Virus genome (UHGV): UHGV-2113044
Strand: one strand, 5' to 3'
From: a virus
Length of the DNA: 31,114 nt
Part shown: positions 1-10,281 of the stretch, in pieces
Layout: every line of letters starts with the position of its first letter
Position numbering within the stretch: position 1 is the stretch's first letter
Program-made: the position numbers and the translations under genes
Notes under the pieces: model-generated
What the model was told of the DNA's origin: nothing
The model's input: only the letters and a program-made list of their open reading frames with translations
The model's database searches: none

Positions 1-134
1 AGGTTGCTCCGGGCTATGAAATAGAAAAATGAATCCGTTGAAGCCTGCTTTTTTATACTAAGTTGGCATTATAAAAAAGCATTGCTTATCAATTTGTTGC
101 AACGAACAGGTCACTATCAGTCAAAATAAAATCA
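1..134 (+). other. attL: attL (B-O-P') junction: host flank, 15-bp lambda core GCTTTTTTATACTAA at 47..61, then the attP P' arm
   Basis: Core and P' arm sequence (GTTGGCATTATAAAAAAGCATTGCTTATCAATTTGTTGCAACGAACAGGTCACTATCAGTCAAAATAAAATCATTATTTGATTTC) match lambda attP as I recall it; the int stop lies immediately downstream. Confidence 0.85.
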
Positions 135-1205
135 TTATTTGATTTCAATTTTGTCCCACTCCCTGCCTCTGTCATCACGATACTGTGATGCCATGGTGGC
201 CGACTTATGCCCGAGAAGATGTTGAGCAAACTTATCGCTTATCTGCTTCTCATAGAGTCTTGCAGACAAACTGCGCAACTCGTGAAAGGTAGGCGGATCC
301 CCTTCGAAGGAAAGACCTGATGCTTTTCGTGCGCGCATAAAATACCTTGATACTGTGCCGGATGAAAGCGGTTCGCGACGAGTAGATGCAATTATGGTTT
401 CTCCGCCAAGAATCTCTTTGCATTTATCAAGTGTTTCCTTCATTGATATTCCGAGAGCATTAACATGCAATGCTGTTGGGATGGCAATTTTTACGCCTGT
501 TTTGCTTTGCTCGACATAAAGATATCCATCTACGATATCAGACCACTTCATTTCGCATAAATCACCAACTCGCTGCCCGGTAACAACAGCCAGTTCCATT
601 GCAAGTCTGAGCCAACATGGTGATGATTCTGCTGCTTGATAAATTTTCAGGTATTCGTCAGCCGTAAGTCTTGATCTCCTTACCTCTGATTTTGCTGCGC
701 GAGTGGCAGCGACCGGGTTTGTTGTTATATGGCCTTCAGCTATTGCCTCTCGGAATGCATCGCTCAGTGTTGATCTGATTAACTTGGCTGACGCCGCCTT
801 GCCCTCGTCTATGTATCCATTGAGCATTGCTGCAATTTCTTTTGTGGTGATGTCTTCAAGTGGAGCATCAGGCAGACCCCTCCTTATTGCTTTAATTTTG
901 CTCATGTAATTTATGAGTGTCTTCTGCTTGATTCCTCTGTTGGCGAGGATTTTTTCGTAGCGATCAAGCCATGAATGTAACGTAACAGAATTATCACTGT
1001 TGATTCTCGCTGTCAGAGGCTTGTGTTTGTGTCCTGAAAATAACTCAATGTTGGCCTGTATAGCTTCAGTGATTGCTATCCTCCTGTCTCGGCCTAATCC
1101 AAACTCTTTACCCGTCCTTGGGTCCCTGTAGCAGTAATATCCATTGTTTCTTATATAAAGATTAGGGGGTAAATCCCGGCGCTCATGACTTCGCCTTCTT
1201 CCCAT
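135..1205 (-). CDS. int: Integrase (tyrosine recombinase), lambda Int
   Basis: 356-aa ORF, full-length match to lambda Int as recalled (MGRRRSHERRDLPPNLYIRNNGYYCYRDPRTGKEF...); adjacent to attL. Confidence 0.95.
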   Translation of the reverse strand: MGRRRSHERRDLPPNLYIRNNGYYCYRDPRTGKEFGLGRDRRIAITEAIQANIELFSGHKHKPLTARINSDNSVTLHSWLDRYEKILANRGIKQKTLINYMSKIKAIRRGLPDAPLEDITTKEIAAMLNGYIDEGKAASAKLIRSTLSDAFREAIAEGHITTNPVAATRAAKSEVRRSRLTADEYLKIYQAAESSPCWLRLAMELAVVTGQRVGDLCEMKWSDIVDGYLYVEQSKTGVKIAIPTALHVNALGISMKETLDKCKEILGGETIIASTRREPLSSGTVSRYFMRARKASGLSFEGDPPTFHELRSLSARLYEKQISDKFAQHLLGHKSATMASQYRDDRGREWDKIEIK

Positions 1206-1401
1206 TTTTGATCCTCTTCAAAAGGCTACCTGTTACTGGTCGATTTAAGTCAACCTTTACCGCTGATTCGTGGAACAGATACTCTCTTCCATCCTTAACC
1301 GGAGGAGGGAATATCCTGCACTCGCGTACCCATCGACGAACTGTTTCAAGGCTTCTTGGGCGTCGCTGGCGTGCGTTCCACTCCTGAAGTGTCAAGTACA
1401 T
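1183..1401 (-). CDS. xis: Excisionase Xis
   Basis: 72-aa ORF matching lambda Xis (MYLTLQEWNARQRRPRSLETVRRW...), overlapping the int start as in lambda. Confidence 0.93.
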   Translation of the reverse strand: MYLTLQEWNARQRRPRSLETVRRWVRECRIFPPPVKDGREYLFHESAVKVDLNRPVTGSLLKRIKNGKKAKS

Positions 1402-1440
1402 CGCAAAGTCTCCGCAATTACACGCAAGAAAAAGCCGCCA

Positions 1441-1608
1441 TCAGGCGGCTTGGTGTTCTTTCAGTTCTTCAATTCGAATATTGGTTACGTCTGCATGTGC
1501 TATCTGCGCCCATATCATCCAGTGGTCATAGCAGTCATTGATGTTCTCCGCTTCGATAACTCTGTTGAATGGCTCTCCATTCCATTCGCCTGTGACCCGG
1601 AAGTACAT
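1441..1608 (-). CDS. Small hypothetical protein (55 aa) downstream of xis, followed by a hairpin plus T-run
   Basis: 55-codon ORF found by manual translation (MYFRVTGEWNGEPFNRVIEAENINDCYDHW...), below the ORF-track size cutoff; the GC hairpin GCCGCC-atca-GGCGGC at 1432..1447 with a T-run on the minus strand overlaps its stop. Confidence 0.4.
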   Translation of the reverse strand: MYFRVTGEWNGEPFNRVIEAENINDCYDHWMIWAQIAHADVTNIRIEELKEHQAA

Positions 1609-2043
1609 TTATCATCTCCATAAAACAAAACCCGCCGTAGCGAGTTCAGATAAAAGAAATCCCCGCGAGTGCGAGGATTGTTATTGTCTTTTCTTCGTGC
1701 ATTTGTCGCACATTCGGCACCATCCAGATAGGCACATCCGTCCGCAATTAACACATATAGGCCACATCATTTTTCCTCTTTTGGTTTATGAATCTGAATG
1801 GTCATGCCGCTTTGAGTGGTGACTACAATGACAGAACCAGGCTGAAGGCTGTTAAGATTGAATGCTTTGTAAAACGAATCCAATGCCAGTGCTTTTTTAT
1901 TCTTTCGGTTCCACCAACGCCATCCCTTTCTACAGGCTACACTGACAATCCACTGTCCACTCCTGTAAGCCATATAAACCAGATGAGCAAAACCTGAAGG
2001 AATGCTATCCAGTCAATAATCGTATATTTCGCGAAGGAGTCCA

Positions 2044-2862
2044 TCACTTCACCTCCTGCGGCGGCTCCGGTAGCGGCATCCAGTGGGTTACACCGCCAAT
2101 TGGCTCATCGTCGTCGTACTCCAATGCGGCTATATAGAACCCGTCACGACGAGAATAAGAAATCCCGGACATTACAATGCCATCCGAAACAACAATAATG
2201 TCACCCGTTTCTTTCGGCATTCGCTCACTACAGCTTATCCAACTATCCGGAGTTACCGGAAGCGAGAACGGCAGCACATCTCTGTGAACAAGTTTTTGCT
2301 GTGACAGGTTATCCAGAACTTTCTGTACTGCTGCATCACCGAATACACCAAGCGCATCTGCCATAACTCCTACAACCTGATAAGCCTCAGCGCATACCGT
2401 GGATAAACCATCCGGAATTACCGGAGAGTTGCCGGGTTCTTTAATGTGCAAGCGAGGCTCACCATCTTTTGGCTCAGGCCACTGGCGCTCCATGTTGATC
2501 TTCAATTTATCTTCCATAGCAGCGGTAATTTCAGCATCGCTGATGCCGGCACGGCGCTGTGCATCCCACAACAGAAACTGCATATCAGCCCACTCGCTAA
2601 GATCGTCTGGTTCGGCTGCGGCTTCCAGAGCCTCTTTTGAGAGGTGTTTCAGTGGACCAATGGGGCCAACGCAGCCAAATGTGGAGTCAGACCATTTGGC
2701 ATGCTCGTGGCGAATCTGTTCGCGTTCCAGTGAGGCGAGAGCGATTTTAAATGCTGTAAGCATGTGTGCTTGATCGTTGTCGAGTCCGAATGGCATTTCA
2801 TCTCGTGCTGACTCAATACTGGTAATCGTATTTTGTAGCCATTCTTTGGTAAAAGTGCTCAT
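2044..2862 (-). CDS. Hypothetical prophage protein with a DUF551-like C-terminal region
   Basis: 272-aa ORF; start overlaps the upstream gene's stop (ATGA); C-terminal sequence recalls the DUF551 family common in enterobacterial prophage early-left regions. Confidence 0.55.
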   Translation of the reverse strand: MSTFTKEWLQNTITSIESARDEMPFGLDNDQAHMLTAFKIALASLEREQIRHEHAKWSDSTFGCVGPIGPLKHLSKEALEAAAEPDDLSEWADMQFLLWDAQRRAGISDAEITAAMEDKLKINMERQWPEPKDGEPRLHIKEPGNSPVIPDGLSTVCAEAYQVVGVMADALGVFGDAAVQKVLDNLSQQKLVHRDVLPFSLPVTPDSWISCSERMPKETGDIIVVSDGIVMSGISYSRRDGFYIAALEYDDDEPIGGVTHWMPLPEPPQEVK

Positions 2863-3230
2863 CGTAAAATATCCTCTATACTGGTAAGTCCTTCATTATT
2901 TAGCCAGATCATGGCGTCATCCGGCAACTTGCTGTCTGGTTTGGCGTTTTTGAGAGAGGAACTCAGTCGCTTAATCCACATTGTCACCTCAGTAATGCGC
3001 CTGTCTTTGCCTTCCAGCTCAACGCGCAGCTTCCCTACCGTTAGCGCAATATCCTCGTTCTCCTGGTCGCGGGATTTGATGTATTGCTGGTTTCTTTCCC
3101 GTTCATCCAGCAGCGCCAGCACAATCGATGGTGTTACCAGCTCATGGAAAAGGTCCGCATCAAATCCCCAGTCGTCATGCATTGCCTGCTCTGCCGCCTC
3201 ACGCAGTGCCTGAGAGTTAATTTCGCTCAC
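2859..3230 (-). CDS. Ea22/Ead-like early protein
   Basis: 123-aa ORF; N-terminus MSEINSQALREAAEQA...W resembles the conserved start of Ea22-like prophage proteins; coupled to neighbours. Confidence 0.5.
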   Translation of the reverse strand: MSEINSQALREAAEQAMHDDWGFDADLFHELVTPSIVLALLDERERNQQYIKSRDQENEDIALTVGKLRVELEGKDRRITEVTMWIKRLSSSLKNAKPDSKLPDDAMIWLNNEGLTSIEDILR

Positions 3231-3448
3231 TTCGAACCTCTCTGTTTACTGATAAGCTCCAGATCCTCTTGGCAACTTGCACAAGTCCGACAACCCTGAA
3301 CGACCAGACGTCTTCGTTCATCTATGGGATCGCCACACTCACAACAATGAGTGGCGGATATAGTCTGGTAGTTCAGACGACGCATTTTTATTGCTGTATT
3401 GCGCTGTAATTCTTCAATTTCTGATGCTGAATCAATGATGTCCGCCAT
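3227..3448 (-). CDS. TraR/DksA-family C4 zinc-finger protein
   Basis: 73-aa ORF with CxxC-(17)-CxxC (CCECGDPIDERRRLVVQGCRTCASC), typical of phage TraR/DksA-like proteins. Confidence 0.6.
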   Translation of the reverse strand: MADIIDSASEIEELQRNTAIKMRRLNYQTISATHCCECGDPIDERRRLVVQGCRTCASCQEDLELISKQRGSK

Positions 3449-3546
3449 CTTTCATTAATCCCTGAATTGTTGGTTAATACGCTTGAGGGTGAATGCGAAT
3501 AATAAAAAAGGAGCCTGTAGCTCCCTGATGATTTTGCTTTTCATGT

Positions 3547-3762
3547 TCACCGTTCCTTAAAGACGCCGTTTAACATACCGATTGCCAGACTTAAATGAGT
3601 CGGTGTGAATCCCATCAGCGTTACCGTTTCGCGGTGCTTCTTCAGTACGCTACGGCAAATGTCATCGACGTTTTTATCCGGAAACTGCTGTCTGGCTTTT
3701 TTGATTTCATAATTAACCTGACGGGCAATACTGCGAAGGGCGTTTTCTTGCTGAGGTGTCAT
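3547..3762 (-). CDS. Small early-left hypothetical protein (lambda orf61/orf63-region type)
   Basis: ORF track gives 93 aa; the internal Met at MTPQQENALRSIARQ... (71 aa) is the likelier start. Confidence 0.45.
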   Translation of the reverse strand: MTPQQENALRSIARQVNYEIKKARQQFPDKNVDDICRSVLKKHRETVTLMGFTPTHLSLAIGMLNGVFKER

Positions 3763-3838
3763 TGAACAAGTCCCATGTCGGCAAGCATAAGCACACAGAA
3801 TATGAAGCCCGCTGCCAGAAAAATGCATTCAGTGGTTG

Positions 3839-4030
3839 TCATACCTGGTCTCTCTCATCTGCTTCTGCTTTCGCCACCATCATTTCCAGCTTTTGTGAAA
3901 GGGATGCGGCTAACGTATGAAATTCTTCGTCTGTTTCTACTGGTATTGGCACAAACCTGACTCCAATTTGAGCGAGGCTATGTGCCATCTCGATACTCGT
4001 TCTTAACTCAACGGGAGATGCTTTGTGCAT
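3839..4030 (-). CDS. Lambda orf63-like protein
   Basis: 63-aa ORF ([23 protein letters not shown]...) in the lambda position upstream of exo. Confidence 0.55.
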   Translation of the reverse strand: MHKASPVELRTSIEMAHSLAQIGVRFVPIPVETDEEFHTLAASLSQKLEMMVAKAEADERDQV

Positions 4031-4185
4031 ACAGCTCCCCGTTTATTATTTATCTCCTCAGCCAGCCGCTGTGCTTTCAGGGGATTTCGGATAACAGAAA
4101 GGCCGGGAAATACCCAGCCTCGCTTTGTAACGGAGTAGACGAAAGTGATCGCGCCTACCCGGATATTATCGTGAGGATGCTTCAT
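4003..4185 (-). CDS. Lambda orf60a-like protein
   Basis: ORF track 62 aa; start at the third codon gives 60 aa with an ATGA overlap on the exo stop. Confidence 0.45.
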   Translation of the reverse strand: MKHPHDNIRVGAITFVYSVTKRGWVFPGLSVIRNPLKAQRLAEEINNKRGAVCTKHLPLS

Positions 4186-4862
4186 CGCCATTGCTCCCCA
4201 AATACAAAACCAATTTCAGCCAGTGCCTCGTCCATTTTTTCGATGAACTCCGGCACCATCTCGTCAAAACCCGCCATGTACTTTTCATCCCGCTCAACCA
4301 CGACATAATGCAGGCCTTCACGCTTCATACGCGGGTCATAGTTGGCAAAGTACCAGGCATCTTTTCGCGTCACCCACATGCTGTACTGCACCTGGGCCAT
4401 GTAAGCCGACTTTATGGCCTCGAAACCACCGAGCCTGAACTTCATGAAATCCCGGGAGGTAAACGGGCATTTCAGCTCAAGGCCGTTGCCGTCACTGCAT
4501 AAACCATCGGGAGAGCAGGCGGTGCGCATACTTTCGTCGCGATAGATGATCGGGGATTCAGTAACATTCACGCCGGAAGTGAATTCAAACAGGGTTCTGG
4601 CGTCGTTCTCGTACTGTTTTCCCCAGGCCAGCGCCTTAGCATTAACTTCCGGAGCCACACCGGTGCAAACCTCAGCCAGCAGGGTGTGGAAGTAGGACAT
4701 TTTCATGTCAGGCCACTTCTTTCCTGAGCGGGGCTTTGCTATCACGTTGTGAACTTCTGAAGCGGTGATGACGCCGAGCCGTAATTTGTGCCATGCATCA
4801 TCCCCCTGTTCGACAGCTCTCACGTCGATCCCGGTACGCTGCAGGATAATGTCCGGTGTCAT
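4182..4862 (-). CDS. exo: Lambda exonuclease (Red alpha)
   Basis: 226-aa ORF matching lambda Exo; coupled to bet. Confidence 0.95.
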   Translation of the reverse strand: MTPDIILQRTGIDVRAVEQGDDAWHKLRLGVITASEVHNVIAKPRSGKKWPDMKMSYFHTLLAEVCTGVAPEVNAKALAWGKQYENDARTLFEFTSGVNVTESPIIYRDESMRTACSPDGLCSDGNGLELKCPFTSRDFMKFRLGGFEAIKSAYMAQVQYSMWVTRKDAWYFANYDPRMKREGLHYVVVERDEKYMAGFDEMVPEFIEKMDEALAEIGFVFGEQWR

Positions 4863-5644
4863 GCTGCCACCTTCTGCTCAGTGGCTTTCTGTTTCAGGAA
4901 TCCAAGAGCTTTCACTGCTTCGGCCTGTGTCAGTTCTGACGATGCGCGAATGTCGCGGCGAAATATCTGGGAACAGAGCGGCAATAAGTCGTCATCCCAT
5001 GTTTTATCCAGGGCGATTAGCAGAGTGTTAATCTCCTGCATGGTTTCATCGTTAACCGGAGTGATGTCGCGTTCCGGCTGACGTTCTACAGTGTATGCGG
5101 TATTTTCGACAATGCGCTCGGCTTCATCCTTGTCATAGATACCAGCAAATCCGAAGGCCAGACGGGCACACTGAATCATGGCTTTATGACGTAACATCCG
5201 TTTGGGATGCGACTGCCACGGCCCCGTGATTTCTCTGCCTTCGCGGGTTTTGAATGGTTCGCGGCGGCATTCATCCATCCACTCGGTAACGCAGATCGGA
5301 TGATTACGGTCCTTGCGGTAAATCCGGCATGTGCAGGATTCATTGTCCTGCTCAAAGTCCATGCCATCAAACTGCTGGTTTTCATTGATGATACGGGACC
5401 AGCCATCAACGCCCACCACCGGAACGATGCCGTTCTGCTTATCAGGGAAGGCGTAAATTTCTTTCGTCCACGGATTAAGGCCGTACTGGTTGGCGACGAT
5501 CAGCAATGCGATGAACTGCGCATCGCTGGCATCGCCTTTAAATGCTGTCTGGCGAAGAGTGGTGATCAGTTCCTGTGGGTCGACAGAATCCATGCCGACA
5601 CGTTCAGCCAGCTTCCCTGCCAGCGTTGCGAGTGCTGTACTCAT
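4859..5644 (-). CDS. bet: Bet (Red beta) single-strand annealing protein
   Basis: 261-aa ORF matching lambda Bet. Confidence 0.95.
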   Translation of the reverse strand: MSTALATLAGKLAERVGMDSVDPQELITTLRQTAFKGDASDAQFIALLIVANQYGLNPWTKEIYAFPDKQNGIVPVVGVDGWSRIINENQQFDGMDFEQDNESCTCRIYRKDRNHPICVTEWMDECRREPFKTREGREITGPWQSHPKRMLRHKAMIQCARLAFGFAGIYDKDEAERIVENTAYTVERQPERDITPVNDETMQEINTLLIALDKTWDDDLLPLCSQIFRRDIRASSELTQAEAVKALGFLKQKATEQKVAA

Positions 5645-5649
5645 CCGTT

Positions 5650-6066
5650 TTATACCTCTGAATCAATATCAACCTGGTGGCGGGCAATAGTTTCAACCAT
5701 GTACCGGATGTGTTCTGCCATGCGCTCCTGAAACTCAACATCGTCATCGAACGCACGGGTAATGGCTTTTTTGCTGGCCCCGTGGCGTTGCAAATGATCG
5801 ATGCATAGCGATTCAAACAGGTGCTGGGGCAGGCCTTTTTCCATGTCGTCTGCCAGTTCTGCCTCTTTCTCTTCACGGGCGATCTGCTGGTAGTGACGCG
5901 TCCAGCTCTGAGCCTCAAGACGATCCTGAATGTAATAAGCGTTCATGGCTGAACTCCTGAAATAGCTGTGAAAATATCGCCCGCGAAATGCCGGGCTGAT
6001 TAGGAAAACAGGAAAGGGGGTTAGTGAATGCTTTTGCTTGATCTCAGTTTCAGTATTAATATCCAT
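5650..6066 (-). CDS. gam: Gam, RecBCD inhibitor
   Basis: 138-aa ORF matching lambda Gam ([36 protein letters not shown]...). Confidence 0.95.
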   Translation of the reverse strand: MDINTETEIKQKHSLTPFPVFLISPAFRGRYFHSYFRSSAMNAYYIQDRLEAQSWTRHYQQIAREEKEAELADDMEKGLPQHLFESLCIDHLQRHGASKKAITRAFDDDVEFQERMAEHIRYMVETIARHQVDIDSEV

Positions 6067-6164
6067 TTTTTATAAGCGTCGACGGCCTCACGAAACATCT
6101 TTTCATCGCCAATAAAAGTGGCGATAGTGAATTTAGTCTGGATAGCCATAAGTGTTTGATCCAT
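6021..6164 (-). CDS. kil: Kil, host-killing / FtsZ-inhibiting protein
   Basis: 47-aa reading frame [47 protein letters not shown] inside the 89-aa ORF; overlaps the gam start as in lambda. Confidence 0.85.
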   Translation of the reverse strand: MDQTLMAIQTKFTIATFIGDEKMFREAVDAYKKWILILKLRSSKSIH

Positions 6165-6297
6165 TTTTTGGGACTCCTGGCTGATTAAGTATGTCGATAA
6201 GGCGTTTCCATCCGTCACGTAATTTACGGGTGATTCGTTCAAGTAAAGATTCGGAAGGGCAGCCAGCAACAGGCCACCCTGCAATGGCATATTGCAT
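6133..6297 (-). CDS. cIII: cIII, FtsH inhibitor that stabilises CII
   Basis: 54-aa frame [54 protein letters not shown] matches lambda CIII. Confidence 0.9.
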   Translation of the reverse strand: MQYAIAGWPVAGCPSESLLERITRKLRDGWKRLIDILNQPGVPKNGSNTYGYPD

Positions 6298-6369
6298 GGT
6301 GTGCTCCTTATTTATACATAACGAAAAACGCCTCGAGTGAAGCGTTATTGGTATGCGGTAAAGCCGCAC

Positions 6370-6738
6370 TCAGGCGGCCTTGATAGTCATATCATCTGAA
6401 TCAAATATTCCTGATGTATCGATATCGGTAATTCTTATTCCTTCGCTACCATCCATTGGAGGCCATCCTTCCTGACCATTTCCATCATTCCAGTCGAACT
6501 CACACACAACACCATATGCATTTAAGTCGCTTGAAATTGCTATAAGCAGAGCATGTTGCGCCAGCATGATTAATACAGCATTTAATACAGAGCCGTGTTT
6601 ATTGAGTCGGTATTCAGAGTCTGACCAGAAATTATTAATCTGGTGAAGTTTTTCCTCTGTCATTACGTCATGGTCGATTTCAATTTCTATTGATGCTTTC
6701 CAGTCGTAATCAATGATGTATTTTTTGATGTTTGACAT
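6370..6738 (-). CDS. ea10: Ea10 early protein
   Basis: 122-aa ORF matching lambda Ea10. Confidence 0.85.
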   Translation of the reverse strand: MSNIKKYIIDYDWKASIEIEIDHDVMTEEKLHQINNFWSDSEYRLNKHGSVLNAVLIMLAQHALLIAISSDLNAYGVVCEFDWNDGNGQEGWPPMDGSEGIRITDIDTSGIFDSDDMTIKAA

Positions 6739-6846
6739 CTATTCATATCCTCATAGATAAAAAATCGCCTTCACACTGGAGGGCAAAGAAGATTTCCAAT
6801 AATCAGAACAAGTCGACTCCTGTTTAGTTACGAGCGACATTGCTCC

Positions 6847-6874
6847 GTGTATTCACTCGTTGGAATGAATACAC
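6847..6874. repeat. Perfect 9-bp inverted repeat GTGTATTCA-N10-TGAATACAC in the intergenic region between ea10 and the cargo gene
   Basis: Read directly from the sequence; no adjacent U-tract on the pL-transcript strand, so it looks more like a dimeric protein-binding site or RNA processing hairpin than a terminator. Confidence 0.5.
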
Positions 6875-6926
6875 AGTGCAGTGTTTATTCTGTTGTTTGC
6901 GTGAAAATGAAAGCCGCCTGAGCGGG

Positions 6927-7808
6927 TTATGACCACTTTTTGTTTGGATTTCGTTGGTGAGCGTGGTTTACAGGATTATTTGATATACCCCATAACTCTG
7001 ACTCGCTTATCTCTACACGAGAGAAAGACCTGCTTTCTTTCAGTTCTTTTATAAACCTAGAACCTACGATGACATCTATTGTCCCAGAAAGTTCTTGTAA
7101 AAGATCTTTGTTTTTTCTGAGGAAGAAAACATCTTCTTTATATTTAATTTTTACATAGAATTTATTCTGTATTTTTAATATATCAAAGCATGGCAGATAT
7201 CTATATCCCTCATGCTTTCGCCACTGCTTAACAATTATAACATCTCTTTCATTTACTGCATTAATCAGCCCAAGACCAAGTATAGGTATGAATATTCTAT
7301 TGTCTGCCGAAAGCGTACAATTATCACCACCAGGCAAATATGTATAAATCATGTCGGAATTTTTATACGCATCAACGAATGCACGTAAGAATCGTACATA
7401 TTTTTGCCATCCGTTTATACCAAATTTACCATATAAGTATTCTTTATTTGTTAGAAGAAAACTATTTGTATCAGGAGCCTTATCTACAGACCTGTCGATA
7501 AGATCTCCAACTACGTTTATAAAGTCAAAGACAGAGTTTAATAAGAACAATTGTCTTTCAGTCGGGCGAATTTCAATTATGTAGCCTGGATGAAGACGAT
7601 ATTGCATCTGCTTACGAAGTATACTGAACGCTTGGGTCCGGGCATCTGAAAGCAACTTCCTGTCGCCATCGCCGTGAGCATTGTTTCTAATAAAACTGAT
7701 ATAATTTGCTAATTTTTCAGCCTCTTTTTTGTGTTTTTTTCGCTCTGATGCTGAGTCTATTGGTTTTGGTATGGACTTGTAATCAATTTTCTTCATTACG
7801 TACCTCAT
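6927..7808 (-). CDS. Unknown 289-293-aa protein at the ral/sieB position immediately downstream of N; candidate superinfection-exclusion or anti-phage defence gene
   Basis: Long ORF whose first ATG overlaps the N stop (ATGA); a second ATG at 7796 has a GAGG Shine-Dalgarno 6 nt upstream. The coding DNA is visibly AT-rich compared with the flanking lambda genes. No lambda homolog recalled and no catalytic motif recognised. Confidence 0.7.
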   Translation of the reverse strand: MRYVMKKIDYKSIPKPIDSASERKKHKKEAEKLANYISFIRNNAHGDGDRKLLSDARTQAFSILRKQMQYRLHPGYIIEIRPTERQLFLLNSVFDFINVVGDLIDRSVDKAPDTNSFLLTNKEYLYGKFGINGWQKYVRFLRAFVDAYKNSDMIYTYLPGGDNCTLSADNRIFIPILGLGLINAVNERDVIIVKQWRKHEGYRYLPCFDILKIQNKFYVKIKYKEDVFFLRKNKDLLQELSGTIDVIVGSRFIKELKESRSFSRVEISESELWGISNNPVNHAHQRNPNKKWS

Positions 7809-8128
7809 GCCAATGGAATGGATTTCCCTTTAACCTTTTGTCTTCCTTGACAAGTTATACCGAACTCACTTGGCTTGCTATACCAAAATCGATGATTCTT
7901 GCGCTCAATACGTTGCAGGTTGCTTTCAATCTGTTCGTGGTATTCAGCCAGCACCGTAAGGTCTATCGGATTCAGTGCGCTTTCTACTCGTGATTTCGGT
8001 TTGCGATTCAGCGAGAGAATAGGGCGGTTAACTGGTTTTGCGCTTACCCCAACCAACAGGGGATTTGCTGCTTTCCATTGAGCCTGTTTCTCTGCGCGAC
8101 GTTCGCGGCGGCGTGTTTGTGCATCCAT
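7805..8128 (-). CDS. N: N antiterminator
   Basis: 107-aa frame MDAQTRRRERRAEKQAQWKAANPLLVGVSAKPVNRPILSLNRKPKSRVESALNPIDLTVLAEYH... matches lambda N with a few substitutions; the ORF-track N-terminal extension is not used. Confidence 0.9.
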   Translation of the reverse strand: MDAQTRRRERRAEKQAQWKAANPLLVGVSAKPVNRPILSLNRKPKSRVESALNPIDLTVLAEYHEQIESNLQRIERKNHRFWYSKPSEFGITCQGRQKVKGKSIPLA

Positions 8129-8286
8129 CTGGATTCTCTTGTCAGTTAGCTTTGGTGGTGTGTGTGAGTCGTAGTCCTGAACGAAAACACCCCACGATTG
8201 GCTCATTTGCAGCTAATCCGGATTCGCACTTCTGGCCAATGCTTCGTTTCGTATCACACACCCCAAAGCCTTCTGCTTTGAATGCT

Positions 8287-8317
8287 GCCCTTCTTCAGGG
8301 CTTAATTTTTAAGAGCA
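8287..8317 (-). promoter_or_regulatory. nutL: nutL (boxB hairpin GCCCTGAAGAAGGGC plus adjacent boxA-like GCTCTTAA, read on the minus strand)
   Basis: Reverse complement of 8287..8301 is the lambda nutL boxB; boxA-like sequence directly upstream. Confidence 0.8.
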
Positions 8318-8362
8318 TCACCTTCAATGGTGGTCAGTGCGTCCTGCTGATGGCTTAAAATT

Positions 8363-8431
8363 ACAAGAAAGATTGTATGTTGTAAACAAGAGATATTGTA
8401 AAAAAGGGGCATGAAAAACAAACTCCATTGT
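8363..8431 (-). promoter_or_regulatory. OL operator cluster / pL region, 434-type 14-bp sites (ACAAGAAAGATTGT 8363..8376, ACAAGAGATATTGT 8386..8399, ACAAACTCCATTGT 8418..8431)
   Basis: Three ACAA-N6-TTGT sites matching the 434 operator consensus, upstream of N on the leftward strand. Confidence 0.7.
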
Positions 8432-8481
8432 TTTTAAACGGAAAATAGTTTGTTTTTTGGTTATCGAGATTGAGGTGGGGA

Positions 8482-9837
<1,356 letters not shown>

Positions 9838-9845
9838 GACATTCC

Positions 9846-9877
9846 CGCTCTTACACATCCCAGCCCTGAAAAAGGGC
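9846..9877 (+). promoter_or_regulatory. nutR: nutR (boxA CGCTCTTA 9846..9853; boxB GCCCTGAAAAAGGGC 9863..9877), followed by the tR1 region
   Basis: Exact lambda nutR boxA and boxB motifs downstream of cro. Confidence 0.85.
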
Positions 9878-9956
9878 ATCAAATTAAACCACACCTATGG
9901 TGTATGCATTTATTTGCATACATTCAATCAATTGTTATCTAAGGAAATACTTACAT

Positions 9957-10249
9957 ATGGTTCGTGCAAACAAACGCAACGAGGCTCTACGAATCGAGAG
10001 TGCGTTGCTTAACAAAATCGCAATGCTTGGAACTGAGAAGACAGCGGAAGCTGTGGGCGTTGATAAGTCGCAGATCAGCAGGTGGAAGAGGACTGGATTC
10101 CAAAGTTCTCAATGCTGCTTGCTGTTCTTGAATGGGGTGTCGTTGACGACGACATGGCTCGATTGGCACGACAAGTTGCTTCGATTCTCACCAATAAAAA
10201 ACGCCCGGCGGCAACCGAGCGTTCTGAACAAATCCAGATGGAATTCTGA
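9957..10249 (+). pseudogene. cII: cII transcriptional activator, frameshifted (apparent 1-bp deletion in a G-run near codon 45)
   Basis: Lambda CII N-terminus MVRANKRNEALRIESALLNKIAMLGTEKTAEAVGVDKSQISRWKR is in frame from the ATG at 9957; the CII C-terminus DWIPKFSMLLAVLEWGVVDDDMARLARQV...ERSEQIQMEF is only readable in another frame ending at the TGA at 10247..10249. The window reads aagAGGact where I recall lambda aagAGGGac. Confidence 0.75.
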
Positions 10250-10271
10250 GGTCATTACTGGATCTATCAAC
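10195..10271 (-). ncRNA. oop: oop antisense RNA (about 77 nt) with intrinsic terminator inside the cII 3' end
   Basis: Minus-strand hairpin CGCTCGGTTGCCGCCGGGCG followed by TTTTTT at about 10200..10226; position between the cII stop and the O start matches lambda oop. Coordinates are projected from lambda. Confidence 0.6.
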
Positions 10272-10281
10272 AGGAGTCATT

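Noticed and set aside
4765-5731. Several 60-170-aa ORFs antisense to or overlapping bet, exo and gam (for example 5207..5731 +, 5176..5409 -)
   Set aside because: They lie entirely within well-supported lambda genes on the opposite strand or in alternative frames; typical spurious frames.
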